A stretch of DNA of 63,744 nucleotides, filler included, from Folioceros fuciformis (GCA_049999805.1; 11 parts of 11 records of this genome joined end to end with filler, not necessarily neighbours in it); one strand, 5' to 3'. Positions 36,314 to 50,061 are shown, counted from the whole stretch's first letter. The notes: generated by a model from the sequence alone, not told the origin. Translations and numbers: made by a program.

Positions 36314-38251
36314 CTACTGAACAAGACTAGAAGCTAAAGGTCCCGGAAGAACATTGAAACTCATGGTATAGATTGCAGAGTCGACAGATTGAATACCGTT
36401 TTCGGATTTAGGACAAGATCGGAAGTTGGGATAGCTCTTGTAGATGATGGAATCGCTCTTCAATCCGTAGTCCAGCGCAGAGCTGTTGTTGAAACTTGCC
36501 TTCGTTAAGTCAAAAATGGTGATGTAGTCTATCGTGTTCAACAAAGGCACCGTTGTCAAGGAATTGCAGCTCAAAAAAGTGGGTGTATTTCTCCGCTTTC
36601 GTGGTGAGATTATGGTTAATTGAACTGCATTATTGGTTGGAAGTCCAGAGCAATTGCCGGTTATGCTAGCATTAGGAGCAATACCGTCATCGGGATTGCA
36701 AGGGATATCCCCCACTTCGGTTTCTTCACATATGCTGTCCAACCAGGGATAAGTCTGCATAGATCAACCACATATTATGATATAGGGTTAGATAATGCAT
36801 GCATTTATCATGTCATCTTACATGCTTTGGAAATAGAGCTGCTGACCATTTTGCCTGCATCCTTGCTTAATGTTTGAAGGCAAAGCAAAGGGGTAGAAAG
36901 CATTGGAGGAGGTACCTTTTGAAATATTGGGGTAGAGTAATTGGATTGACGAACTTGTTCCCAGGTGCGAGCGGGCTCTTGCAAGCAGTTGTTGGAGAAG
37001 TAGTTTTGGCAGCTGATCCAGCCAGGGAGATTGGCTTGAATGACGATCACGCTGGAGATGTTATTCTTGTGCCCAGTGTTGAGCTTCACTCCAGACGTAA
37101 GGTTGAAGCAGACACCTCCATCGATGGTGATTCCTGAAGAGGCCCAATCCAAGTAAAAGCATTGTACCAGGGCTCCAGTGGCATAGTTGCAAGAGAGGTA
37201 GTTTCCCGGGTTGAGCCAGTGTGTGCTGAAGTAGATAGCAGACGAGTCGTCCTCCACAGGGTGCTCATAATCTGCGTGGATGAAGTTGTTGATAAGGCTG
37301 TTGAGCATGCAGTCCCCGGCGTTCATGCTTCTCCTCTCTCCACACTCGATGCCAGTGAAATACTGCAGGAGGCAGGCAAGGGGGACGGAAGTCACAATCC
37401 GTAGAGGAGATACACAACGAACCCAATTAATGTACAGGGTCCAGGGACGGAGGATTGCCTGGTTGACAAGCTCGTTGTTGGCAACGGTTACCCCGACTGT
37501 GAATCGGTTGAGAAGCACACCTGTCTCGCCCCCTTCGATTCTTGAGTTGGAGAGGGTGATCAAGGATTTAACCAGGTTTGGGCCGTCTCCCACGTACGCA
37601 AATCTGACCGCAGCTCTGTCATCCGAGACAGTGGTGATCTGAAGGGAGTCGAACAATGCTTGGGTGGCTTGAAAGACATCCAATCTGCCAAACACTGCCA
37701 GCAGTTTACGACTTCACATCTCAGTATCTAGCAGGAAAGCTGGACAACGGACACTGAAAAATCAGCGATTGTACAAGGACTATCCAAGGCGCCACAGGAG
37801 AGACGTGTGTACCTGAAGCCTGGACTATCTGGATCCCCCAGGAGCTGTGGACAAGGATAGCCGGGCAATACGTGATGGAGGAGAGGTACGTGGACAGGGG
37901 CAAGGCCAGCGGACAAGGCTTTGGAGAGCTCTGGGCCAAGTTGATGCTGATGCTGACATCGTGGATCCATATGTTGGAGGTGCGAGAGATGGTGAGAGCA
38001 GGAAATCCATCAGACCGTGTTGTCAAAGAGAACCGAGACCCCTGCTCGGACGTGATGATAGTGCAGGCGAAGGAGGGCCCGGAGATGTTGAGAGGCGCGC
38101 TCAGGACGATGTCGTTCTGAAGCACGAAACGCACAGTTTGCTTGCTGGGATGACTCTGACGGCCATCGAAATCGGAGGAGGAGAAGCATGGAATGGTAAC
38201 TTCAATTTCGGAGCACGGTCCCCCTGCATCACCGACCCAGACAAGCAATAG
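36314..38251 (-). CDS. Right-handed parallel beta-helix (pectin-lyase-like fold) protein, spliced; N-terminus interrupted by an in-frame TGA
   Basis: PbH1-like repeats DDSSAIYF..NPGNYLSCN, CFYLDWASSGITIDGGVC, GVKLNTGHKNNISS; ORFs 37721-38248, 36808-37695 and 36314-36760 linkable by short introns. Confidence 0.6.
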
Positions 38252-39212
38252 TCAGAGCAATTCGGTCCAAATGGAGTATAATAGACTAAGTTCTTCATTC
38301 TTCTTCTTCTTCTGCCCTTCATGCATCTCGGTCGGTTACAACATCCTGCATTTCACTTTCCACACGAGAGCATGACAAGCATGTACCAGCCGCAGAGATC
38401 AAAAGAGACGTGTCCATGAGCAGCACGACTGCAATTCCGTAGGCAGCTAGCAACAAACCCATCCTTCCTGTCAAGATGGTGCCCTATAGGACTGGAGCGT
38501 CAGAATGGCTTGACAGGCCGGGGGCTCACAAGATCTTAAGTAGATCTACAGAGGGGCCCTTAGGATCACGTTGCAAATTGGTGCCGACCAGACCTGGCAT
38601 CCAGCGAGGCAACTCCTCAAGGAAAGCATGGTTCCAGAGCTGGAGGGAAGAAAGCCTCATATGAAACTCGGATCATTCGTCTCAATTTGACCATCTGCAA
38701 GGATCTCGAGCGAAAAATTCACGCTTCTTTAAGCCCGTTTGCCCGCGACACGCAACATTATTGGTTCCAGACAAGAACAGCTTTGACGGGCGTTCACCTT
38801 CTTCGTCTTCTTTGAAGCCAAGAGAAAAAATGTGAAAATACGTATGTGCAGTAACATTATTGCACTAGACTACGCCTGTTTCCTCTGACAAACACATCTG
38901 CAACATAAGTTCACAGGTGTCTCTTCCAGACAAGCGTTGGGCGCGGACAGCTGACATTTATCATGCTGAATTCGCGTTAAGCAACCAGCCAGCATAGACG
39001 AGGGTGAGGAAACGTTGTGGCTACCATGACGGGCATCTTTGGTTGAAACGCAAGTTGTAAAGTCTGTGTGTCGAACGAAGTACGAGGCAGAAACCGCCAA
39101 CATCATAATAGAATGCACGGAAGTTCCTTACTTTGTTATCAGTATTGAACCGACAAGTACCTTGTTATCAGTATTGAACCGACAAGTTTGTCATAGCAAA
39201 AGCCAGTACAAA

Positions 39213-41111
39213 CTAGTCATCCACGCGTTTGGATGTCTGATTTGAAGCTGGCGGGGGAGGTCTGTAGAAAGGAGAGGACGGAAAATTGGATCTAAACTGA
39301 GTTTGATAGTTGGGAGGGTACCGAAACTGAGGAGATTTAGTCCCGGACTGAGAGGATTGATAGCCTGCAGGTGGAACTAGCGTGGTGGGCCGATAAGGAG
39401 CAGGGAGGAGACGTTGCTCTTGCGGCCCTGCTTCGGTGTCGAAAACATCAAACATCAGGCGTCGGACTTCAGGTCTCCCATACACGATATATCCCAGGCC
39501 ATGAATGGCCTGTTGTACCCCGGAGGTGGTGAGGTTCCGCAACCTTCGACATCTCTCAAACACCAAAATCCTCTCATCACTGTAAACGACGTGTCGCCCC
39601 AGCTTCTTGTCCCTCAACAACCGCCCACAGACCCTGTTCATCAAAAGCCTGCGGTGCTTGACCCCCAGCCACTCCCCAGGCCCATCCAAGTGCTTCATCA
39701 GAAGCTTTTCAGCCATGATAACATCCTGCCACAGCCAAACGGTGGGTGGATTGCACATGATATGGCAAGCACATGAAAATAGTAGAGTATGAAACCGTGA
39801 GCTGGGCTGCTAGGGGCTCACCATCACACGAGACCCCAATAATTCTAGCCGCTCGTTACAGAAGCGGGGATGTTCAAACTTGTATTTCGATGGATGTAGG
39901 AAGCAGAGCTGGAATCAGACAAATGAAGAATATATCAGTAACAGGTGGGTATCATGACTTATGACCTGGTCCTGTAGACTCAGACCACAGTAATCTTGAT
40001 TGCAGCATGCCCCTGGACCAAAACAACCGACCTGAAGTCCAAGGTCCACCTCAAGATTTCTGGCCTTCGATGCTTCCGTTGTATCCCCGGGTGAAGGAGG
40101 TCGTGGATAGCCCAGCACTTTCTTCACAAACCCGAGGCTCTCTTCTTCCCATAAGCTACCTCTAAACCGGTGCATGCCAGGAGGGACGCAAGCTCTGAAG
40201 AGACGTGGTTCGGCAAAGAGGGAGTCCGCTGGTGGCTGCAGCCGAACAAGACTTGAAACATGAGCCTATGGCACAGGGGACATGAAAATTCAAGCCTAAG
40301 GGTTTACCCAGAAATACTTGAACCCACAAGCTACCTCGTAGAATGCAATATCTTGCCAAGAGAGTTTTCTTTCAAGCTCTGGAGATACGAAGTCGATATC
40401 CTCCAATCTGCTCCTAGGCTTCGGCTGGCAAGGCTTTGCGTAGGGATCCATTCCAAAGACCTCAAAGAGTACACGGTACACCTCTCCCATGCCCAGAGTC
40501 AAATACAACGCACCCATCAGTGCAGAGAAAGTGGACCTGGAGAAAGCGACATACAAGAGCCACCAAAGAGAGTCGTCAGTCACCACCTAACGTCCAACAT
40601 CACACCTCACGAGCTTAGCTGCAGGTGAAACGAAGGAGCACACTGGATGCCAACCAGCAAGGACAACAAACACCGTGTTCACTGAACGCAATCCGAACAG
40701 CAAACAACTCCTCGTACATCCAGGACTCACTTAATAGGAGGCTCCCGATCTTTCCTCTTCAGCCTGTCAATGTCCTCAGCCTCCGGGAAAATGAGCCGGT
40801 CCATGGAAGCTGCCTTGATCCATTCCGGCAGAAACTTCTTCCCGGTGAGCAAATACGTCCGATCCCGGGTGCACCCAGTTGTCTCCTTCGGAAACATCTG
40901 TAGAAGTAGCTCTGTCAAAGCCATTTCCACTACATGCTGCCCGAGAAATGCGAGCCTGGTATGCCCATTGCGCACATAGAAAGCCTTTTTGTACCTGACA
41001 GTGCCCTCATGCTGGAACGCCAGGTACAGCAAAGTCTCCAGGTGCGCAAGCGGGCTCCCCTCACCCGGATTCTCCATCCCCTCCAACGGATACCCTAACG
41101 CATCCTTGAGC
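39213..41111 (-). CDS. RNC1: RNase III-like plastid group II intron splicing factor RNC1, 5' truncated
   Basis: RLAFLGQHVVEMAL, EVYRVLFEVFGMDP, FRACVPPGMHRFRG, HRRLLMN, YGRPEVRRLMFDVFD; GT-AG introns. Confidence 0.9.
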
Positions 41112-41211
41112 NNNNNNNNNNNNNNNNNNNNNNNNNNNNNNNNNNNNNNNNNNNNTTAATTAATTAANNNNNNNNNNNNNNNNNNNNNNNNNNNNNNNNN
41201 NNNNNNNNNNN

Positions 41212-41470
41212 GTGGTAGGTAGGCCTTTTGTTATTTCACATCATGACATTTTGGGAGGAGTAGGTAGTTTTTGAAAATGATATTCGTAGGGTAGAGTACC
41301 TCTTTTTGCCTTTGGCTCTAATGGGGTTGTTGCTCCAATCTTTGGAGTAGACGGGACTTTCCATCTCTTTTTCAATCATAGAAAATACCTCCTTTCTTGC
41401 CAATGTCATTGACTCGTTGTAGAGTGCTACAATACATGAAAGAGGAAGACCAAGCCCATTTTTCCTGGAA
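41212..41470. repeat. Dispersed repeat family (other copies ~50241-50420 and inverted ~57841-57885)
   Basis: ggtaggtagg.cttttgttatt..aca..atgacattttgggag shared; ctacaatacatgaaag.ggaagaccaa matches the reverse complement at 57841. Confidence 0.7.
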
Positions 41471-41659
41471 TCTATCATGTATTTTTTCATATTCGTCGAA
41501 GGTGCTCTTCCGTGATCAAGTGTGTTCTCCTATTATCTACCCTATATTTTTTCATGTTCCTCCAAGGTGTTCTTCCGCGACCAAGTGTGTTGGTGAGGTA
41601 TGGAGTTTGAATAGGTTTTTGCTCTTCAGCCTTTTGCTCGATCGTGAACTCGATCATGA

Positions 41660-41762
41660 ACTTTCCTCCATGAGTCTTCCCCACAAGCCTTTCCTCCATA
41701 AGTCTTCCCCACGAGACTTTCCTCCATGAGTCTTCTCCACAAACCTTTCCTCCAAGAGTCTT
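41660..41762. repeat. ~28-bp tandem repeat x4
   Basis: ctttcctccatgagtcttccccaca units. Confidence 0.85.
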
Positions 41763-42189
41763 CGTCACGAGTAGGACGATTTTCAAACCTCATATCAAAT
41801 GTAATCTCAAGCACATGGCTTCCACCTCATGATAACTATGATCTTAAGTATATGGCTTCCACTCACTACGTGGCTTTTGAAAGTCTATGTTTCACAGTTA
41901 AGCATGCTCAGCTCCATGGCCTTCAACTTGTTATGCAAAATTTCTCGACTTCTTTTGTCGTTGACACTTCCGAGCCGACCACCCTCCTACACAAATATTT
42001 CTCCCAAAACACCTTTTCCCTTTTGGTTGAGTTGTTTGCCCCTAGCTCTGATGCCAAGTGTGGCCAAACAATATACCCATGACATTCACCTTACTGGACA
42101 ACACCTTGGAGTTTGGGCACCATTTGGCTTTGTAACCCACAAGTATGTTGTTGAATTTAGGGGTGGCTTGATATTAGATCAATATTTGC

Positions 42190-45100
42190 AGAGGAGGTTG
42201 TTCAAGCCTTAAAATCCTTGCCAAGGAATAAGTCGCCAGGACATGACGGCATCCCGCCAAAATTCCTTCTCTAGGGCTAGGAATTTATTGAACCACTTTT
42301 TATGGAGGCTGTGCATTTGATGTGGGAGGAAGTTACTATGGGCAAGTGGTTTAACTTGGGAGTTATCTCCCTATTACCCAAGTAGGGTGCGAGCCTTTTG
42401 ATCTCTAATTGGTGGCCTATCACTCTACTTACCACAACGTACAAGGTTCTGGCAAAGGTACTCGCTAACAGAATCAAACCTTTCGTGGATGAATGCATAG
42501 AGGAGGAACAAAGGGGCTTCATACAAAATAGATGCATTTTGGACAATCTTCTGCTTTTGCGCAAAGCCAAGTTTAACGCCCTCACCCTGGGTAAGCCTGT
42601 TGTCTTTATCTCATTGGATTTTTACAAGGCGTACGACTCTGTAGAATGGCACTTTTTGTGGAGGTGCCTCCGGAGCTTTGGCTTCGGAAATAACTTCTGT
42701 CGGTGGGTGGGCATCTTATGCGAAGACACAAGAGCCAAGGTCGTTGTCAACGGGGCTTTCAAGGAGGGGTTTGCCATTTCCCACTCCGTACATCAAGGCT
42801 GCCCATTGGCACCCTTCCTGTTCATCATCGTTACTGATTTTCTTCTAAGGGTTGTTAAACAACACGTACAGATTGAAGGTCTGACCCTCCCAGACGGGTC
42901 CCAGCTACAGATATCAACCTTTGCGGATGATACGCTCGTTTTCTCCTCTGCCGCGAAGACGTTTTTTCAAGCTCTTCTTCATCAGGTATAGGTCTTTGGG
43001 ATTCTCTTTGGTTGGAAGGTAAATTGGAGCAAGACCTGAATGATGTGTACTAACCTGGAGGGGGAAGTTCTTGAATGCATCAAGCATATTAGCAGAGTCC
43101 AGGCTGGATCATCTCATAAGTATCTAGGTCTACCATTCCAGGAATCGGAGGAAAATGAAGCAATTGGCAAATTTGTATGCCTCAGGTTTATTCGGAAAGC
43201 CTCAAGCTTAATGCTCTTAGATCTTAATTAGCTGGTAGGCTGGTGGTGACTAACCATATCTTGTCGGCATCCCTGTGGTATTACCTTTTCTTATGGGCTC
43301 CCACGAGGATGGAGATTTAAAAGCTGTAACAGATGATTGCAAGTTTCGTATGGGGTAGGTCACCAGAGTTGGTAATGTCACCTCATAAAGTGGCGTGGAC
43401 TCATGTCATCCAACCTTTGACGCGTAGGGGGCCTGGGACTGGTCGACTCCTTGAGGAAGATGAAGGCCTTACATGCGCAATGGGTAGTTAAAGCTGGAGA
43501 CCCAACTCGCTACCCATGGAAAAGCCTTCTTAGGTAGATCCTCAAGTGTACGCAAGCGTTCCACAAAGAGGAAGGTCGCTAAACACCACGGAGTGCTCCC
43601 CTCTATTCAGATTCATTTGGAACAGTTACCTAGAAGTCAAGTTATTGCTTATGCTATCCTCTCCTACAAACACGAATGATGTCTTAGGCATCCCTCTACA
43701 AGGTTTTCAGAGGTTGTGGACACTAGATTTTATTTCCCATATTTTGTGTTCGCAAATCTTTGGGGCTACAGGTCGCCGAGGAGTGTACCAACTTGGACTC
43801 TTATGGAACAGAGCTGAGGGCTGCTGGAGAGAGGTGGAGGAGGTCCGAGAGACATTGTCAAGCCATGTTGATTAATTAGGGTATCTAATTAATCAAAGAG
43901 ATATAATTAGGCTAATCGTATGTAATTAGTCTAACTATATGATTAGGTAGATGAGGGATAGCCAGGTAGGGAACGTGTGACCCGTTTAGGGTTTAGAACC
44001 ATCATTGTGTGAAATGGTGGAGAGGTTTCGAGCGTGGGCGGCATGGCGACGATGAGGGAGAGGAGGACTGGGGGTAACGGCCAAGAGCAGCGTGACAGAC
44101 AAGTGCCGACCTTCTAGGCTCAGTCCCGCAATTGTTAGAAGTTCTCTCGTTGAGCCTAAGCCTGCGGTCAAGGTAGCTAGCCAAGGAACTGCTTGTGAAT
44201 CCACTGCTCAAAAATCAGAGTGAAAGCATTGATGGGTTGCATTGCGGTGTGAGCATGTGTGACTAACAACCTGAGCGTGCCACGCCGGGGCTAGGTGGAG
44301 AACTTACCACGACTCGCAAACCCAACCGCTGTGCTTGTAGGATTGAGATTTGGCTCACAAACCTCGGAGCTCAGGCAGGCAAGTTCACAAGTGTCGTGGT
44401 GCTCCGTCGCGGGCATCAGCACGACGTCAGTGGACGACAGCGCTGGACGGTGAGCTGAGTCACTCAGCTCAAGTGTCAGGGGAATTCCAGCAAGATGTGG
44501 TGTCCCATCGTGGGCATCGAGGTAGTGCCAAAGGAATCCCAGCAAGCTATAGTGTCCCATCGCGGGCATCGAGGTAGTGCCAGTGCTGGACAGTGAGCTG
44601 AGGCACTCAGCTCAAGCGCCAGAGGAATCCCAGCGAACCGTGGTGTCCCGTCATGGGCATCGGGGTAGAGCCAGTGCTGGACAGTGAGCTGAGGCACTCA
44701 ACTCAAGCACCAGATGAATCCCAGCAAGCTATGTGACCCATCGCGCATACCAGGGCAGCGTCGGTGCATGGAGGTACTGAGCAGCGGGTTGGTGGACAAC
44801 AGCGGATGGATGTGTGTGTGAGTGCTAGAAGCCGGGAGGGAGAGACTCAGTGAGCGCAAGCTGAGACTGTACATGGACTCGGACCGAACCGACTGTGGGG
44901 AAGCCGCTCACGGAGCTGAGGAGGTGACTGTACAATCTGTGATTTGTAGGTGAAGGACACCCAGGTGAGCCCGAACCTGTCCAGTCGTGAGCTGGAGCCG
45001 GGGATCACGACGCAGTGCCAGGATCATGACATTGTGCTTGGATTTCGATGGGGTGCTTGTCACACTATGCCTGGCTCGTGGCGTGGTGTCTGGATCGTGA

Positions 45101-46959
45101 AGCTTTGCTTGGACTGTGACGCTGTGCCTGGACCTCAACACTGAGCTTGGATCGTAGCGCTGGCCTAGCCTGGGCAGGCTATGAGCAGGGAAGGGGACTT
45201 GAGCCATAGACAAAGCTGTGAGGGCAGGGCCAAGCACTGCCAACGCTGTTTGTGGAGGACATCAGCGGGGTCAAAATCAACAGTTGCGAGGCTTTCGTGG
45301 GGACACCGACATAGGCAGTTTTGTGTGTTGGACGATTGAGGGTCAGTCAGTTGATGCAGACAACTGCTCTTGCTGGACGTCACTGGAACATGTCGTGAGG
45401 CTATGTGATGAAGTTTTTGTATGAGATGCCACTTCGGATCAGGAGTGGCAAGGACTACTATTTTGTTTTTGATGGACGTTCCATTTGCCTTACGGTCACA
45501 TTTATGACCACTAGACTAGCTAGAAAGTGAGTGCTCAGAATTTAGCTCATTCACACAATCCTGGTGATTGTTAGTCAATTGATCAAGCTTACGCTGTTTA
45601 GCACAACAACATTTGGCATCCTGGTTCGTCACATCTGTTTAATATTTACCTAGTTGCAGGAGGGGATGAATGGGGTGATAAAGCAGGCCTTGCTACATAA
45701 GTCGAAGGTGGCCGAGGAGGCTTGGGTGGCGTATAGTTTGGTTAGTTGGGAGGGAATCTCAGACACCGAAGACTAGGAAGCTCCATTCGAGTTGGACCGG
45801 GCGTTCCTCATTGGCACGCAAGAAGGCAACGATGGCCCTCGATCCTTTAAGGTGGCTTCAGCGGAGGGACTCTTGGAGAAGCAAGGACGGAGAGACCGTC
45901 AGCTCCTTTGACTTTCTCTATGCCCCATCGTAGTATTGACAAGTGCCTCACGAGCAGGAAAGTGGCGTACCCAAGAAGAACAAAGTGCTCTCTCATCCCC
46001 TAAAAGCAAGCCTCCGTCCTAGTATTGGTTCTGTCTGGAGGAGAACTGGCAACTGACCTTGCGACCTGACCTCTTGCGTTGGCCGAAGTGGCCAGGTGGC
46101 CAATAGGGGAACTCTCGGTCCTTCTTTGACTTTCTAACGGTGGACATCTATCACTAGCTAGTTCGCTCACAACAAGCTAGGCAACGTCGACCAATGGCCA
46201 CACGGTGGAAGTTGTCAGTCCAGTGCCAAAAGGAAGCTCTTCGACTCCTTTGGTCGGCTGCCGAAATCCCCCCCAAGGTCAGAGGCATGGTTTGGTGCCT
46301 TTTTTAGGCGTGCTTGCCTAATGCCGACTGCTGGGATGGCCTGTTAGTAGTGGCGGGGGAGGATGTGTGCAGACTGTGCAGCTGCGGGGCCCCCCACAAA
46401 AGCCAACATATATTCTTCCACTGCGAATTTGCACCCGAGGTATGGCAAGAGGTGGAGGGCTGGCTACAAGGGCTCTTCCCCTTGGCCAATCCGGTTCCGA
46501 CTAAGCAATCTGCCCTATTCGGGTTAGATCCAACTTTCGGTCACCCACTAGTGGCGAATCAATGGTGGGTCTTGGTGTGGAGCTCTTGCATTTTTGGCCT
46601 ATGGAATAATTGAACAGCAGTCGTATACGGCGGGAGGACCTCACTTTCCACTAAGGCTAAGGCGCTAGCATGGCGTATTTGGGAGCAAGTACTTATTGTC
46701 GCGGAAAGCCTCATCTCCTCAAAAATTTAAGAAGAAGGACTAGGTTATGGCCGGCTTTCTACGGCCCGGCCGGGAATCTTCATGGAACCACATGTGTTCT
46801 TGGGGAAGGTAATCAAGAGGGAGGATGGTTACGCCTTGTGTCTGGACTTTCCTTTAAGCATATTGTGACTATCAATAGGATCTCGACTCAATCTATGTAG
46901 TCTCCAAGTAAAATTTTGCCTATTTTATCTTATTCCTTTTCGCCAGAAAAAAAAAAAAA
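42190..46959 (+). mobile_element. Degenerate L1-clade LINE ORF2 (RT, zf-RVT), 5' truncated, with poly(A) tail; split by an insertion at 43856-45608
   Basis: NKSPGHDG, WPITLLTTTYKVLAK, LDFYKAYDSVEW, QGCPLAPFLF, FADD, HKYLGLP, C..C....HIFFHC; A-run ~46946-46958; many stops. Confidence 0.9.
43856..45608 (+). mobile_element. Solo-LTR-like insertion (1.75 kb) nested in the LINE
   Basis: TGTCAAG...CACAACA termini with a 4-bp ACAT duplication; internal tandem repeats ~44440-44760. Confidence 0.7.
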
Positions 46960-48349
46960 TTCCAATGTTTTGGGCTTTATCGTTGACCACCAAGGTGAGA
47001 TGCCAGATGCAATCATATGCTTTATTAATATCCATGCCACTGGTATATCATGGAGATGGTCATCAAACACAAAACTAAACAGTTGAAACTACATATAACA
47101 CAATTTTCAAAGACTATATATTATTGCATGCCTATCATATATGAGCACCTACAGCATATCGTACCAAGTACTTATATGCTACTTATATGCCACTTGTTTG
47201 TCCTGAAGGTTGCATCCATACCTGCAATGATTGAATTGTGACCTCGCATAAGCATCATAATTTTGAACTCCTAGCACAAAGTTAACTAGGGTTCAGGTGG
47301 CTAACCCTAAACTAAAGTTTGTTGGGTTTGTTGGCTAGGTGAGCGATACAAAACAAGGTCTTTATTCTCATCATTGCAAAGCCGCACACTATCAAGGTCA
47401 TTCTCATGGAGCTCATAAACCTTATATTTCACTTCCTTTTAAATGTTGTAAATGTCCTTTGGTATTAGAAAATCATCTAGCTATAGCTCCACTTGGGATC
47501 TACATGTCTTCTTGCTAGCACATACATTTCATAGTCCAGCATTATTTAATGGCTACTTACTTGGCTTAACAACTTGTTTAAACACAATGTCATTTGATAA
47601 CATAAAGAAATCCAAACATTTTTTACGGTGGTTGCCAACACTCACCATCTTTTTACCATGACAAATCTCTCCTTTCATGTCAATGTCTTCCCATGATAAA
47701 TCTCTCCTTTCATGTCTATGTCTTCCCATAACGAATCTATCCTTTCACATCTATGTTTTCTTATGACAAAAGCTTACATATTGTAAATCAATTTGGTAGG
47801 CAAGAGAAACTATGAAATGAAATTGGTACCCACCTTTTTAGATACCATTCTACACTTCTTTGAGGACCTTGCTTAGGCTTTGAACTTAGATTCACAAAGG
47901 GCTTGTTTGCAGCTTGTCGTGCATCATTTAGTACGTAAGAATAGTAATAAGTAATATATTGATAAACCTGCGTAATAATATGTACACATTGGAGTGAAGT
48001 TTCTAACGAGATGTTAGGCTCCTCTCTTACTAACAAATCAAGTAGCCTATTCCATAGGAAGTATGCCAAATTTACCTCTTGGGTAGAAAACTTCCCTCTA
48101 AATGTTATTACGAGTAAGATAATTGATCCTATTAAACAATAATAAGATAATTATTAGACAAGCTTAATAGTGGCTATTAAGGACTCATTAATTTAGTTAG
48201 CTTAATTAGTGGCTATTAAGGGTCCACTCATTTAATTGACTTACTAAAATAATTATCCTACGGGGAGAGAAGTTCCTATGAAGGTGTGTGCAAAATGAAG
48301 AGAGAAGCTCTTATGAGGGTGTGTGCAATTGAAGTCCTCTTCACATTAT

Positions 48350-48515
48350 GAACTTGAGATAGGATGTTGCGAGTTTTCAAACTCTAAAACATATTCATGG
48401 CGCACATTGATAAGAAGCTTGAGGTAGGATGTTGCAAGTTTTCGAACCCTAAAACATAATCATAGTGCACATTGACAATGAAGCTTGAGGTAGGATGTTG
48501 CAAGTTTTCGAACCT
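48350..48515. repeat. ~65-bp tandem repeat x2.5
   Basis: cttgag.taggatgttgc.agttttc units. Confidence 0.8.
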
Positions 48516-48910
48516 GTGGAGGCAAAACCCCGGGCACTAATTGCCGAAGGGTCCCACCTTTAGTGGCCACACTTATCCCACTGTCGTTGAGACATTGGGT
48601 TTCGTTCCCACGAAGGAGCGATGGGGTTCCTTGCTGCTGTGGATGGAGGGTCGGACTTGATCGACTCGATGATGGATTCGAGGGCTCCCCTCCAGCTCCG
48701 ATCAGGCGTAGGACAGGCCTCGCTGTCCGGCGGTCAGCTGCACCTCTCTCGGTGCCCACAAACTCACTCCAGTCACTACAACGACTCTAACCTCTCAGAT
48801 CTGCGTCTTCNNNNNNNNNNNNNNNNNNNNNNNNNNNNNNNNNNNNNNNNNNNNTTAATTAATTAANNNNNNNNNNNNNNNNNNNNNNNNNNNNNNNNNN
48901 NNNNNNNNNN

Positions 48911-49497
48911 CGTCCGCGGCGCTCCGCACCCGTGCGCGCTGGCTGGCTAGGCGCCCTGTGTGCTCGAGGCGCCTTATGCGCCCGTGTCCGCTCGTCCTCC
49001 TGTGGCTAGGCGCTTGGGGCATGGTGTCGCCTCGCTCCTGGGGCACACCCAACTCTAGCTTCCTCTCCGAGCTAGAACACCTTGCACCCCATACCGCACC
49101 TTGGTGGCACTCCACCTAGATGCCCATGTTCACAGCCTTGTGCACCGTCTTCGCAGTAGCGAGAGCCATTAACCTTGCTCCACAATCCAAGTTCCACAGC
49201 CTAAGCTCTGATACCACTTGAAGGATCGCTCCTAGAGCTAGATGGTGAAGAAGGAGAGGAGGAGGCAAGGAGGAGAGGAGAAAGAGAGGTCACACTCTCA
49301 CAATGAGCCTCAATAGCAAGGGAGCTCAAAGGGGTATTTGTACCCTCTAGAAGAGCTTCCTAGGAAGCTTCAGAAGAAGCGCACAAGAAGCTTCCTACAG
49401 ATTAGCTTAAGCTAATCTAAACTAATGGTACTTAACTAAACATTAATCTTAGATTATACACATTAGTCTAAGTACATTGGGCTTTAATCACCCTACA
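48911..49497 (-). mobile_element. LTR retrotransposon 5' end: LTR 49219-49497, tRNA-iMet PBS 49205-49216
   Basis: gctctgatacca is the reverse complement of TGGTATCAGAGC and lies next to the LTR (TGTAGGG...TTCA). Confidence 0.85.
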
Positions 49498-50061
49498 TTC
49501 CCGGGAGACCAGGCCTCCATCAGCACCGGGATAGATCCTCGAAATGACACCGTTGTTTGCAAGAGGGTCTGGGCTCCAGCTGCCTCGTCGCACTTAATTT
49601 GAAAAGAACCATCTGCCTTTCAAGAAGACATACGTGGAGGGACAGCCCGTTACTTGTACCACCCAGTCCTCCAATTCCCCCACTATAGGAAGACCTCCAG
49701 ATAGCAGCCTCCCCATGACCGAACTGGCAGCAAGATTGTCCTCCTGGTTTTGGAAATATCTCGCTTTAGTGAGAACGTCTGCCAGGGGACGAAGCTGCAA
49801 ACCTAAGCCTTCTTTTGCTGATCCCAAGGCATAATCTTGAGTGGTGTCCGCCCGAACTTGTCCTTAAGCAAAGTCCACCTCAGGTATCCGTACCTGCGAG
49901 TCTTTCTCCATTGTGGCTTTTGTCCGGGTAGCATCAAGAAGATTAGATTCCGTCAACTCCGCATTTTTTCCCCGCACCTTCTGTTTATTAGCACACAAAC
50001 CGACCACTGCCGCCCGTGTGCCACCTGTTGAGCCCCCTATGGGAGGGCTCAATGCCTCCAT
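49498..50061 (-). mobile_element. Degenerate LINE ORF1-like fragment (DUF4283-like)
   Basis: VMGRLLSG..P....LEDWV......YVFLKGRWFF pattern; broken ORFs. Confidence 0.45.
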
